A stretch of DNA of 64,000 nt from Clostridia bacterium (GTDB taxonomy: Bacteria > Bacillota > Clostridia > Oscillospirales > CAG-272). Of this stretch, positions 36,694 to 45,850 are shown piece by piece (within the stretch, counting starts at the first letter, position 1; each line of letters opens with the position of its first letter). The translations under genes and the position numbers were made by a program. The notes beneath the pieces were generated by a model. The model was not told the DNA's origin. It saw only the letters and a list, made by a program, of their open reading frames with translations, and made no database searches. Location of the stretch: NCBI GenBank assembly GCA_017936565.1, contig JAGBFG010000043.1:91993-155992 (forward strand). Reading direction: 5' to 3'.

Positions 36694-36925
36694 AAAAAAG
36701 CACCCGTATTTATGGGACGGATCTCTCCGCGGTGCCACCCATATTGCTTGGCAAAAATGCCCTTGCCAGCCTCTTTCTCGCGTTATACCCCGCCAAGGTT
36801 CGACTCATCGCCGAGGACTCAGAAACGGAAACACCGCCCCGCGCACCGATTCGCACCAACATCGGCTCTCTTTGCCGCAAAAGCAAGCGATTTTTTTCTT
36901 CAACGTCCAACAGAAAATTCCTGTT
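36694..36925 (-). promoter_or_regulatory. T-box leader (tRNA-sensing riboswitch) of serS
   Basis: The minus strand shows the stem I elements AGAGAG...GGTGCGAA and the T-box core TGGGTGGCACCGCG, followed by a terminator and U-tract (GGGTGCTTTTTT). Ser codons (UCU, AGU, UCC) lie in the presumed specifier region. I could not fix the exact specifier by eye. Confidence 0.8.
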
Positions 36926-36931
36926 ATATTT

Positions 36932-36960
36932 AGTATATACCATTTTTTGTTTTTTTGCAA
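36932..36960 (-). promoter_or_regulatory. Sigma-A-type promoter for the serS leader
   Basis: On the minus strand: TTGCAA, 17 nt, TATACT. An alternative reading is TGgTATATA with a 15-nt spacer. Confidence 0.55.
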
Positions 36961-36989
36961 TACTTTTTTTCTTTTTTTACGCTTTTTGC

Positions 36990-37024
36990 GTAAAACCCCC
37001 CGCACTTGCATAAAGGCGGGGGCT
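36990..37024 (-). terminator. Intrinsic terminator after the ABC transporter pair
   Basis: Minus strand reads CCCCCGC-CTTTATGCAAGT-GCGGGGG followed by TTTT. Confidence 0.8.
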
Positions 37025-37036
37025 TGCGCCTCTTCG

Positions 37037-38932
37037 TCATTCCAGCTCAAAGGCACCTGTATACAGCTGATAGTATTTTCCCTTCTCGGCAAGCAGGCTC
37101 TCGTGGTCGCCTCGCTCAATGATGTGCCCCTTTTCAAGCACCATAATAACGTTGGAGTTTCGGACGGTAGAAAGGCGGTGGGCGATAACAAACACCGTGC
37201 GCCCCTTCATCAGATTGTCCATACCCCTTTGCACCAAGGCCTCGGTGCGCGTGTCAATGGACGAGGTCGCCTCGTCCAAAATCATCACAGGGGGTGCGGC
37301 AACAGCGGCTCTGGCAATGGCGATAAGCTGTCTTTGCCCTTGGGAAAGATTGGCGCCGTTTTGCCGCAAAACCGTTTCATACCCTTCGGGAAGACGGGTG
37401 ATAAAATCGTCTGCCCCTGCCAGGTGGGCAGCGGCAATACACTCTTCTCTCGTTGCGTCCAAGCGCCCGTACCGTATATTGTCAAGCACCGTTCCCGTAA
37501 ACAGATTGGTTTCCTGCAACACAATACCGAGCGAGCGGCGCAGGTCTGCCTTTTTGATTTTGTTGATGTTGATGCCGTCATAGCGGATTTTTCCGTCGGC
37601 AATGTCATAAAAGCGGTTGATAAGATTGGTAATGGTGGTCTTTCCCGCGCCCGTCGCGCCAACGAAGGCAACCTTCTGTCCCGGCTTTGCGTAAACGTCC
37701 ACGTTATGCAAAACGGTCTTTTCGGGCGTGTATCCAAAGTCAACGTCAAACAGACGCACATCGCCCTGTAATCTGGTATAGGTCACCGTTCCCTCTTCTC
37801 TGTGGGGATGCTTCCAGGCGTAAATGCCCGTTCTTTCCGCCGTTTCCACCAAAACGCCGTTCTCTTCCCTGGCGTTGACTAAGGTAACATATCCCTCGTC
37901 CGTTTCGGGCTTTTCATCCAAAAGAGCGAAAATGCGGCCCGCGCCTGCCATTGCCATGACGATGGAGTTAATCTGTTGGGAAACCTGGCTGACGTTGCCC
38001 GAAAACTGCTTCGTCATATTGAGGAAGGGCACGATAACAGCGATGCTGATAGCCATGCCCGAAAGGCTGACGTTACGCGCCCCTGTCACCAAGAGTATAC
38101 CTCCAACAATAGCAACCAACGCATAAATGATATTGCCGATGTTGTTTAGCAGGGGCATCAAAATATTGGCGTAGCGATGGGCACGGCGGGAATCCTCATA
38201 AAGGGCGTCGTTGATTGCATCGAAATCCGCAATGCTCTCCTTTTCGTGGCAGAAAACCTTGACGACCTTTTGCCCGTTCATCATTTCCTGGACGAAGCCC
38301 TCGGTTTTACCGATAGCTGCTTGCTGGCGAACAAAATATTTGGCGCTTCCGCCACCCACCTTGCGGGCAAGGACGGTCATCAGAATCACGCCCACCACCA
38401 CCAAAAGGGCAAGCCAAAGACAGAAATATACCATAATGGAAAAGACGGTCAAAAGAGTGACGGCAGAAATCAAAAGCTGAGGAAAGCTTTGGGACACCAT
38501 CTGTCGCAGGGTGTCAATGTCGTTGGTGTAATAGGACATAATATCGCCACTTTTGTGGGTATCAAAGTAACGAATGGGAAGGCTTTGCATACCGTCAAAC
38601 ATTTTCTTGCGCAGCTTATACAGAAAGCCTTGGGTAATCACCGCCATCAATCTGTTCTGGAAAAAGCTGGCGGTCAGAGATACGGCATAAAGACACACAA
38701 GCACCAGCACCACCTGGATAATGGCAGGAGCCACCTCGGCGTAGGGCGTTCCGTTTCGCAGCGCCCCGTCAATCAAATCAATGACTCTGTTCATAAACAG
38801 AGATGGCATAGCGCCCACAGCAGCCGTGGTGATGATAAGGGCGATTACCACGGGCAAAAGGACAGGATAAAAGCCGAAAAGGAGGCTAAGAAGCCGCGCT
38901 ATCGTGCCTTTTTTGGTTTGCTTTTTATTCAC
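37037..38932 (-). CDS. ABC transporter, fused permease/ATP-binding protein (exporter type, MdlB/MsbA-like)
   Basis: Six-TM domain plus an NBD with Walker A GATGAGKTT, signature LSQGQRQ and Walker B ILDEATS. GTG start follows GGGAGGAAAAACC. Confidence 0.85.
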   Translation of the reverse strand: MNKKQTKKGTIARLLSLLFGFYPVLLPVVIALIITTAAVGAMPSLFMNRVIDLIDGALRNGTPYAEVAPAIIQVVLVLVCLYAVSLTASFFQNRLMAVITQGFLYKLRKKMFDGMQSLPIRYFDTHKSGDIMSYYTNDIDTLRQMVSQSFPQLLISAVTLLTVFSIMVYFCLWLALLVVVGVILMTVLARKVGGGSAKYFVRQQAAIGKTEGFVQEMMNGQKVVKVFCHEKESIADFDAINDALYEDSRRAHRYANILMPLLNNIGNIIYALVAIVGGILLVTGARNVSLSGMAISIAVIVPFLNMTKQFSGNVSQVSQQINSIVMAMAGAGRIFALLDEKPETDEGYVTLVNAREENGVLVETAERTGIYAWKHPHREEGTVTYTRLQGDVRLFDVDFGYTPEKTVLHNVDVYAKPGQKVAFVGATGAGKTTITNLINRFYDIADGKIRYDGININKIKKADLRRSLGIVLQETNLFTGTVLDNIRYGRLDATREECIAAAHLAGADDFITRLPEGYETVLRQNGANLSQGQRQLIAIARAAVAAPPVMILDEATSSIDTRTEALVQRGMDNLMKGRTVFVIAHRLSTVRNSNVIMVLEKGHIIERGDHESLLAEKGKYYQLYTGAFELE

Positions 38933-38948
38933 GGTTTTTCCTCCCTTC

Positions 38949-40742
38949 TCAATCCACTTTGCATTGAGATTCATAAATCTCACGGTATTCCGAGGACGAT
39001 GCCAAAAGCTCCTCGTGGGTGCCCATATAAGCGATTTTGCCGCCATCCATCCACAAAATCTTGTCTGCGTCCATCACACTTGCCACACGCTGGGCAATGA
39101 TGATTTTGGTGGTTTCGGGCATATAGGTCTTTAAGGCAAAACGTATCATAGCGTCCGTTTTGGTGTCAACGGCAGAGGTGGAATCGTCCAAAATCAGAAT
39201 TTTCGGCTTCTTCAAAAGCGCCCTGGCGATACAAAGCCTTTGCTTCTGACCGCCCGACACGTTGCTTCCACCCTGCTCAATGTAGGTGTCGTACCCTTGG
39301 GGAAAGGAGGAAACAAATTCGTGCGCCTCTGCCATTTTACAGGCTTCTATCAGCTCTTCGTCCGTGGCAAGCGGGTTGCCCCAACGCAGGTTTTCCTTTA
39401 TCGTTCCCGAGAACAAGAGATTTTTCTGTAAAACGACGGCAACGCTGTCGCGCAAGAAGGTTACGTCATAAGAGCGAACGTCCTCTCCCCCCACCAGAAC
39501 TCTTCCTTCCGTTGCGTCATACAAGCGGCTGATAAGTTGTATCAGCGTGGTTTTGGAGGTACCCGTACCGCCCAAAATGCCCACGGTTTCACCGGATTGT
39601 ATGTGCAGATTGATGTTCTCCAAGGCGTTTTTCTCCGCCTTTTCGGAATAGCGGAAGCTAACGCCCTCGAAAACCACCGAGCCATCCTTCATAGAAAGGA
39701 GGGGCTCCTTGGGGCTTTGGATAGCGGGCTTTTCCACCAGCACCTCGCTGATGCGGCGGGCAGACTCCAAGGACATCGTAATGGTGACAAAAACCACGGA
39801 TACCATCATCAGACTGAACAGAATCTGGAAGCCGTAGGTCAGAAGGGCGGAAAGCTTGCCCACGTTAAAGGCAACGCCTGCCGTGTCAATAATGAGATAA
39901 GAGCCAAACAGCAGGGTAAAAATCATGACGGTGTTCAGACAAAGCTGCATCGTGGGGCCGTTCAGAGCCAGAATTTTCTCAGCGCGGGTGAAATCGTTTT
40001 TCACATCCGATGCCGCCGCGTCAAACTTTTCTCTTTCATAATCCTCACGCACGAAGGATTTTACCACGCGCATTCCCCGCACATTCTCCTCGATAGACTC
40101 GTTGAGCCTGTCATATTTGCGGAACACGCGGCGGAAAAGGGGCATTACCTTATGGATGATAGAGAAAAGCACCACACCCAAAAAGGGCACCACGGCCACG
40201 AAAATCAAAGCCATTTTTCCGCCCATCACAAAGGCCATTACCATAGAAAAGATGAGCATAAAGGGGCAACGAACCGCCACGCGAATGAGCATCATATACG
40301 CCATTTGCACGTTGGCAACGTCCGTGGTCAGGCGGGTAACCAGCGAGGCGGAGGAAAAGCGGTCCACGTTGGAGAAGGAGAAGGTTTGCACCTTGGCAAA
40401 CAAATCGTGTCGCAGATTTTTGGCGAAGCCGCAGGAGGCGTCCGCTCCCGTCATACCCGCCAAGGTACCGAACAAAAGAGAGATGCCTGCCATCACAACC
40501 AGTAAGCACCCATAAAACACGATAACAGGAAGCGAGCTTCCCGCGGGCAGGGTCTGTCCCAGGACACGCTCAAAGACCCAGTAGGTAAACCCCGCGTGGC
40601 TCTTTCCCTCCACCTCGGTGACGAGTGTGGCGATAATAAAGGGGATAAGACACTCCATTATCACCTCAACCGACACCAAAATCGGCGTCAGAATAGATTT
40701 TTTCTTATATTCTCTTATGCTCGCGGCAAGTCTTTTCAGCAT
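38949..40742 (-). CDS. ABC transporter, fused permease/ATP-binding protein (partner half-transporter)
   Basis: TMD plus an NBD with GGTGTSKTT, VSGGQKQR and ILILDDSTS. ATG at 40742 follows AAGGAAGGAAAC. Adjacent to its likely heterodimer partner. Confidence 0.85.
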   Translation of the reverse strand: MLKRLAASIREYKKKSILTPILVSVEVIMECLIPFIIATLVTEVEGKSHAGFTYWVFERVLGQTLPAGSSLPVIVFYGCLLVVMAGISLLFGTLAGMTGADASCGFAKNLRHDLFAKVQTFSFSNVDRFSSASLVTRLTTDVANVQMAYMMLIRVAVRCPFMLIFSMVMAFVMGGKMALIFVAVVPFLGVVLFSIIHKVMPLFRRVFRKYDRLNESIEENVRGMRVVKSFVREDYEREKFDAAASDVKNDFTRAEKILALNGPTMQLCLNTVMIFTLLFGSYLIIDTAGVAFNVGKLSALLTYGFQILFSLMMVSVVFVTITMSLESARRISEVLVEKPAIQSPKEPLLSMKDGSVVFEGVSFRYSEKAEKNALENINLHIQSGETVGILGGTGTSKTTLIQLISRLYDATEGRVLVGGEDVRSYDVTFLRDSVAVVLQKNLLFSGTIKENLRWGNPLATDEELIEACKMAEAHEFVSSFPQGYDTYIEQGGSNVSGGQKQRLCIARALLKKPKILILDDSTSAVDTKTDAMIRFALKTYMPETTKIIIAQRVASVMDADKILWMDGGKIAYMGTHEELLASSSEYREIYESQCKVD

Positions 40743-40825
40743 AGCGTTTCCTTCCTTTGCGTAAGCGACAGGAAAAAGGCGCACCGTGCGCCCTTCCTCA
40801 CTTTTTCTTTTATAACCAATTGTGT

Positions 40826-40854
40826 ATTATACAATAAAATTTCCCCTCGGTCAA
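40826..40854 (-). promoter_or_regulatory. Sigma-A-type promoter for the ABC transporter operon
   Basis: On the minus strand: TTGACC, 17 nt, TATAAT. Confidence 0.6.
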
Positions 40855-40906
40855 TCCCCCTTTCTAAAAATTAACAGTTATGAAACACTTGTTTTCCCAT
40901 AAGGAA

Positions 40907-40935
40907 TTGACTTTCCGCAAGGAAAGCGGTATAAT
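40907..40935 (+). promoter_or_regulatory. Sigma-A-type promoter for the yegP-like gene
   Basis: TTGACT, 17 nt, TATAAT. Confidence 0.65.
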
Positions 40936-40970
40936 ATAACCGAAATAAAAAACGAAGGAGCGGATTTTTT

Positions 40971-41339
40971 ATGAAGACCTATTTTGAAGTGAAAATCGCG
41001 AAAAACGGCGAATATATGTTTAATTTCTTTGCCAAAAACGGCAAAATCATCGCAACCTCGGAAACCTACACCACCAAGCAAAACTGCCTTCTCGGTATTG
41101 AGAGTGTCAAGGCAAATGCCGACGCGCCCATCGTTGACATTGAGGGAACGGAAGAAATCCCTTGCCCGAAATTTGAGGTTTTTGAGGACGTTGGCGGCAG
41201 ATTCCGCTTTCACCTGCGCGCCAAAAACGGAGAAATCGTTTGCGCCTCTCAGGGCTATTCAACCAAGCAAAGCTGCCTTTTGGGCATTGAAAGCGTGAAA
41301 ACAAACGCCGCCGAAGCGGAAATCGAAATAATGGAATAA
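40971..41339 (+). CDS. YegP-family protein (two DUF1508 repeats)
   Basis: Internal duplication: F.F..KNG(K/E)I(I/V).(T/A)S(E/Q).Y..KQ.CL.GIESVK.NA occurs twice. Confidence 0.85.
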   Translation: MKTYFEVKIAKNGEYMFNFFAKNGKIIATSETYTTKQNCLLGIESVKANADAPIVDIEGTEEIPCPKFEVFEDVGGRFRFHLRAKNGEIVCASQGYSTKQSCLLGIESVKTNAAEAEIEIME

Positions 41340-41348
41340 CAATCTGGA

Positions 41349-41426
41349 AATTTTCTGCAAAAATTTCGACACTTTGCGCCTTTGGTGGCACAAAGTGCCG
41401 TGGGGCTGAGTCATTGACTCAGCCCC
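41349..41426 (+). repeat. Copy 1 of a 78-nt three-hairpin intergenic element; the last hairpin doubles as a terminator
   Basis: aattttctgcaaaaatttcgacactttgcgcctttggtggcacaaagtgccgtggggctgagtcattgactcagcccc, followed by gttttttgtttt. It is 73/78 identical to 43371-43448. Confidence 0.8.
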
Positions 41427-41494
41427 GTTTTTTGTTTTGGGGCGAAAAGACAGGAAGGTTTCCAAGAAAGTTTGCAAGAAATGCTTTGTTTTCG

Positions 41495-41523
41495 TTGACA
41501 AAACGCTCTTTTTCGGTTATAAT
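41495..41523 (+). promoter_or_regulatory. Sigma-A-type promoter for mrnC-hisS
   Basis: TTGACA, 17 nt, TATAAT. Confidence 0.7.
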
Positions 41524-41562
41524 GGAGTGTATAAATATAGCAGAAAGAAAAGAGATGCCTTT

Positions 41563-41991
41563 ATGCACGAACAGGAAGAACAAGAGAGAGCCACTTCCGC
41601 CCCCTTGCCCGCGGTGATGGCGCTTTCATACTTGGGGGACGCGGTGTATTCCCTCTACGTCAGGCGGCGGCTTGTCGCCCTTGGCATTTCTCACGCGGGA
41701 GAGCTTAATTCTCTTTCCCTCGTCTTTGTCACAGCAGAGGCGCAAGCCAAGCGGGCAAAAAGAATGCTCCCTCTTCTTTTGGAGTGGGAAGAGTCTGTTC
41801 GCCGCCGCGCCTATAACCATAAGGGGCTTCGCCCGCCAAAGCACGCTTCCGTTGCCGTCTACCGTGCCGCAACAGGCTTTGAGGCGGTGCTTGGGGCTTT
41901 GGAATACACAAAGAATTACGAAAGGCTTTTTTATCTGCTGGACACGCTTCACCAAGGAGAATTTGAAGCACTTTTACAAGAGAAAAAATAA
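41563..41991 (+). CDS. mrnC: Mini-ribonuclease 3
   Basis: ALSYLGDAVYSLYVR...AEAQA...YRAATGFEAVLG, typical of Mini-RNase III. ATG at 41563. Confidence 0.85.
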   Translation: MHEQEEQERATSAPLPAVMALSYLGDAVYSLYVRRRLVALGISHAGELNSLSLVFVTAEAQAKRAKRMLPLLLEWEESVRRRAYNHKGLRPPKHASVAVYRAATGFEAVLGALEYTKNYERLFYLLDTLHQGEFEALLQEKK

Positions 41992-42022
41992 AAAGGAACT
42001 CCCTTAAAAGAAAGGCGTTTAT

Positions 42023-43264
42023 ATGATACAGAAAATCAAAGGAACTATGGATATCCTTCCCGATGAAACCCCCTTATTCCGTTATATCGAGGGCATTATG
42101 CGCGAGGAAGCGGAAAAGTGCGGCTTTGGCGAAATCCGCCTGCCCACGTTTGAGCAAACGGAGCTTTTCGTGCGCGGCGTTGGCAATACCACGGACGTTG
42201 TGCAAAAGGAAATGTATACCTTCAAGGATGGCGATGGCAGTATTTCCCTGCGTCCTGAGGGAACGGCGGGCACCGTTCGCGCTCTGATTGAAAACGGAAA
42301 ATACGGCGATGCTATGCCCCAAAAATACTACTACATTATGAGCTGCTTCCGTCACGAGAAGCCGCAAGCGGGCAGAACGCGCGAATTTTTCCAGTTCGGC
42401 GTTGAAATGTTCGGCGCTGAAACACCTGCCGCTGATGCCACGGTTATTTCCCTGGCATATTCCGTTCTGAAAAGACTCGGGCTTGAAGGTCACGTAAAGC
42501 TTCATATCAACTCTATCGGCTGTCCTGCTTGCCGTCCTTCCTACAAATCGGCGCTCGTGGACTATTTTACCGACAAAAAGGCATCCCTTTGCGAGACCTG
42601 CCTGGAAAGACTTCAAAAAAATCCCTTGCGTCTTTTGGACTGCAAGGTGCCCTCGTGCGCTGCCATAGCCAAGGAAGCGCCAAGAACAGTAGACTCTCTG
42701 TGCTCTGACTGTCAGACGCATTTTGACGCGCTCTGCAAGAGCTTGGAAGCGATGAACATTCCCTATGAAATAGACTCCTCTATTGTCAGAGGTCTTGATT
42801 ATTACACGGGCACCGTTTTTGAATTTGTGGCTGACGGTATTGGCGCACAAAGCACCGTTTGCGGCGGCGGCAGATACGACGGGCTTGTAGAATCCTTGGG
42901 CGGCCCCAAGCTTTCGGGCATTGGCTTCGGCATGGGGCTGACCCGTGTGATTATGACGATGCAGCAGCACGGTATTTCTCCCGTCTCGCCCGCAAAGCCA
43001 AGGCTTTATATTGCGTCCTTGGGCGCAAACGCCCAGACCTTTGCCCTCTCTATCGTTTCCCGCTTGCGTCAGGAGGGTATTTATGCGGAGTGCGATTTGG
43101 TGGGCAGGAGCTTAAAGGCGCAAATGAAATACGCCGATAAAATCGGCGCGGCATACACCTTGATTATCGGAGATACGGAAATAGAAACGGGCAAGGCCAA
43201 TCTGCGCGATATGGCTTCCTCCGAGCAAAAAGAGGTTCTGCTCTCTTCCTTCTCCCTTTCATAA
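42023..43264 (+). CDS. hisS: Histidine--tRNA ligase
   Basis: Class II HisRS motifs: RPEGTA, FRHE.PQ.GR.REF.Q and GGGRYDGL. 413 aa. Confidence 0.95.
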   Translation: MIQKIKGTMDILPDETPLFRYIEGIMREEAEKCGFGEIRLPTFEQTELFVRGVGNTTDVVQKEMYTFKDGDGSISLRPEGTAGTVRALIENGKYGDAMPQKYYYIMSCFRHEKPQAGRTREFFQFGVEMFGAETPAADATVISLAYSVLKRLGLEGHVKLHINSIGCPACRPSYKSALVDYFTDKKASLCETCLERLQKNPLRLLDCKVPSCAAIAKEAPRTVDSLCSDCQTHFDALCKSLEAMNIPYEIDSSIVRGLDYYTGTVFEFVADGIGAQSTVCGGGRYDGLVESLGGPKLSGIGFGMGLTRVIMTMQQHGISPVSPAKPRLYIASLGANAQTFALSIVSRLRQEGIYAECDLVGRSLKAQMKYADKIGAAYTLIIGDTEIETGKANLRDMASSEQKEVLLSSFSLS

Positions 43265-43370
43265 CAGTATGGGGCAGCTTCCCTGTTCGCGAAGCACCGA
43301 AAAGCAACACAAAATGGTTTCTTTTCGTCTCCCGTGCGTTGCATTTCACCGAAATTGTAATGCAACCTGC

Positions 43371-43448
43371 AATTTTCTGCGAAAATTTCGGCATCTTGCG
43401 CCTTTGGTGGCACAAAATGCCGTGGGGCTGAGTCATTGACTCAGCCCC
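43371..43448 (+). repeat. Copy 2 of the 78-nt three-hairpin intergenic element
   Basis: aattttctgcgaaaatttcggcatcttgcgcctttggtggcacaaaatgccgtggggctgagtcattgactcagcccc. It has no U-tract after the last hairpin. It lies between hisS and ygiQ. Confidence 0.8.
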
Positions 43449-43490
43449 TGTATTATCCTCCCTCTCAAATCCAAAAAGAAAGGAATGCTT

Positions 43491-45539
43491 ATGGCAACCG
43501 ATACCCCCTCTTTTCTTCCCGTCTGTCGCGCCGATATGAAAGAGCGCGGCTGGGATTTTGTTGATTTTGTATACGTGACGGGTGACGCTTACGTGGACCA
43601 CCCTTCCTTCGGCGCTGCCATTATTTCCCGCGTGTTAGAGGCAGAGGGCTTTCGCATTGCCATTCTCCCTCAACCCGATTTCCGTTCAGCGGAGGACTTC
43701 AAGCGCTTTGGAAAGCCTCGCCTCGGCTTTTTGGTAACGGGGGGAAACGTTGACTCAATGGTGGCGCACTACACCGTTTCCAAAAAGCTGAGAACAGACG
43801 ATGCCTATTCCCCCGGCGGAAAGGCTGGGCTTCGCCCCAACCGCGCGGTTATTGTATACTGCAACCGCATTCGCGAGGCATACGGCGATATTCCCATCAT
43901 CATCGGGGGGTTAGAAGCATCCTTGCGCCGCTTCGCCCATTACGATTATTGGGATGACCGCGTGCGTCGATCTGTTCTGGTGGATAGCCGCGCCGATATT
44001 CTCACCTACGGTATGGGAGAAAATATTTTGCGACGCATCGCCCACCTGCTTGACAAGGGCATTCCCGTCAAAAAAATCCGCGACGTCAGAGGAACGGTGT
44101 TCTTGGCAAAGAAGGGAGATGCCCTTCCCTTTGAAGCGATTGAAACCTGCGACTACGAGGACTTGAAGGAAAACAAGGAGCTCTATGCCAAATGCTTTGC
44201 CCTGCAATACCGCAACACAGACGCGGTCAAGGGAAAAGCGCTTTTAGAATATTACGGCGATAAAATGCTGGTGCAAAATCCGCCAATGCCCCCTCTTTCC
44301 CAAGAGGAGCTTGACAAGGTCTATGCCCTTCCCTATGTGCGCGCCTACCATCCGATGTACGAGAAGGACGGGGGGGTTCCCGCCATTACCGAGGTCAAAT
44401 TTTCCATTACCCACAACAGAGGCTGCTTTGGTGCCTGCAACTTCTGCGCCATCGCCTTTCACCAAGGGCGGCAGGTGCGCGCAAGAAGCGTTGAGAGCGT
44501 CATAGAAGAAGCGCAAAAAATCACCGAAATGGAGGATTTCAAGGGATATATTCACGACGTCGGCGGTCCCACGGCAAACTTCCGCGCTCCCTCTTGCAAA
44601 AAGCAAGCCGAGCAGGGCGTGTGCACCAATCGCAAATGCTTAGCGCCAAAGCCTTGTCCTCATTTAGAGGTGGACCACACCGAGTACGCCGAAATGCTCC
44701 GCAAGATTGAGGCGCTTCCCCGTGTCAAGAAGGTCTTTATCCGCTCGGGCATTCGCTTTGATTACTTATTGAAGGACAAGAATCCCGCCTTCTTCCGTCA
44801 GCTTGTTTCCCGCCATGTCAGCGGTCAGTTAAAGGTCGCTCCCGAGCATTGCTCCGCGGGGGTGCTCGCGGCAATGGGAAAGCCGCCGATTTCCGTTTAC
44901 GAGGAATTCCGTAACCGCTATTTCGAGCTCTCGGCAGAATGCGGTCTTGAACAGTATCTGGTTCCCTATTTGATGTCAAGCCACCCCGGATCTACGATGC
45001 AAGACGCCATCGAGCTTGCCCTGTGGCTGAAAAGATACGGATACGTTCCCGAGCAGGTGCAGGACTTCTACCCCACCCCGGGCACCGTTTCCACCGTGAT
45101 GTACTACACAGGCATCAACCCCTTAACCAATGAAAAGGTCTACGTGCCCAAGGACTATAAGGAAAAGCAAATGCAGCGTGCCCTCTTGCAATACGCAAGA
45201 CCCGAAAACGCCGCCAAGGTCAGAGAGGCGCTGCGCTTCGCGCATCGCGAGGACCTGATAGGCGAGGGAAAGGGGTGCTTAGTCAGCGGCAAGGAAAGCG
45301 CTAAGGGCACCTCTCTCAAAAACGGGCAGGGAAAAAAATCCGCCTTTGGTGGACAGTACATTCCAAAGAAAAAGACGCGCGGCAAAAAAGAGGCGCCTCT
45401 TCCAAGGCAAGCCAAGGAAAAGCGCTCCCCTTCCCCCAAGGAAGCCGCCCGTTTTCCAAGAAAAAAAAGCGCGCCCTTGTCCGAGAAAAAAGCGCCCTCT
45501 GCCAAAAGCAGACAAGCCAAATCCTCTAAAAAGAGATAA
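43491..45539 (+). CDS. ygiQ: YgiQ-family (UPF0313) radical SAM protein with a lysine-rich C-terminal tail
   Basis: N-terminus FLP...[21 protein letters not shown] and radical-SAM CFGACNFC. The last 100 or so aa form a Lys/Ser/Pro-rich tail. Confidence 0.85.
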   Translation: MATDTPSFLPVCRADMKERGWDFVDFVYVTGDAYVDHPSFGAAIISRVLEAEGFRIAILPQPDFRSAEDFKRFGKPRLGFLVTGGNVDSMVAHYTVSKKLRTDDAYSPGGKAGLRPNRAVIVYCNRIREAYGDIPIIIGGLEASLRRFAHYDYWDDRVRRSVLVDSRADILTYGMGENILRRIAHLLDKGIPVKKIRDVRGTVFLAKKGDALPFEAIETCDYEDLKENKELYAKCFALQYRNTDAVKGKALLEYYGDKMLVQNPPMPPLSQEELDKVYALPYVRAYHPMYEKDGGVPAITEVKFSITHNRGCFGACNFCAIAFHQGRQVRARSVESVIEEAQKITEMEDFKGYIHDVGGPTANFRAPSCKKQAEQGVCTNRKCLAPKPCPHLEVDHTEYAEMLRKIEALPRVKKVFIRSGIRFDYLLKDKNPAFFRQLVSRHVSGQLKVAPEHCSAGVLAAMGKPPISVYEEFRNRYFELSAECGLEQYLVPYLMSSHPGSTMQDAIELALWLKRYGYVPEQVQDFYPTPGTVSTVMYYTGINPLTNEKVYVPKDYKEKQMQRALLQYARPENAAKVREALRFAHREDLIGEGKGCLVSGKESAKGTSLKNGQGKKSAFGGQYIPKKKTRGKKEAPLPRQAKEKRSPSPKEAARFPRKKSAPLSEKKAPSAKSRQAKSSKKR

Positions 45540-45750
45540 CGCGGCGCTTCGCTCCGAAACTGGAAAAAGCCCTTTCCTCTCTCGCTGTTTTTCCAACCGC
45601 GAAAAAGGGCTTTCCTTTCCAAAAGCGGAAAATATTTTTTCTGTTTTCTCGGGGTTTTCTCTTCCTTTTTTTACCATTTTAATGGCAAAAACTGACATTG
45701 TTGTGCAACTCGCACAAATTGGCGATTTTTCCGCTTTCCCCCTTTTCAAA

Positions 45751-45850
45751 TGTGAAAAATGTGAAAAACTCTGTGGATAACTATGCAAAAAACTCGAAAA
45801 ACCCGATAGTTCCCTTTGGTTTTCCACAATAGTTATCCACATTTTCCACA
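45751..45850. promoter_or_regulatory. Cluster of six DnaA-box-like 9-mers in inverted arrangement
   Basis: Left arm, boxes read on the minus strand: TGTGAAAAA (45751-59), TGTGAAAAA (45760-68), TGTGGATAA (45772-80, a perfect box). Right arm: TTTTCCACA (45820-28), TTATCCACA (45833-41, perfect), TTTTCCACA (45842-50). An AT-rich tract follows. Confidence 0.6.
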
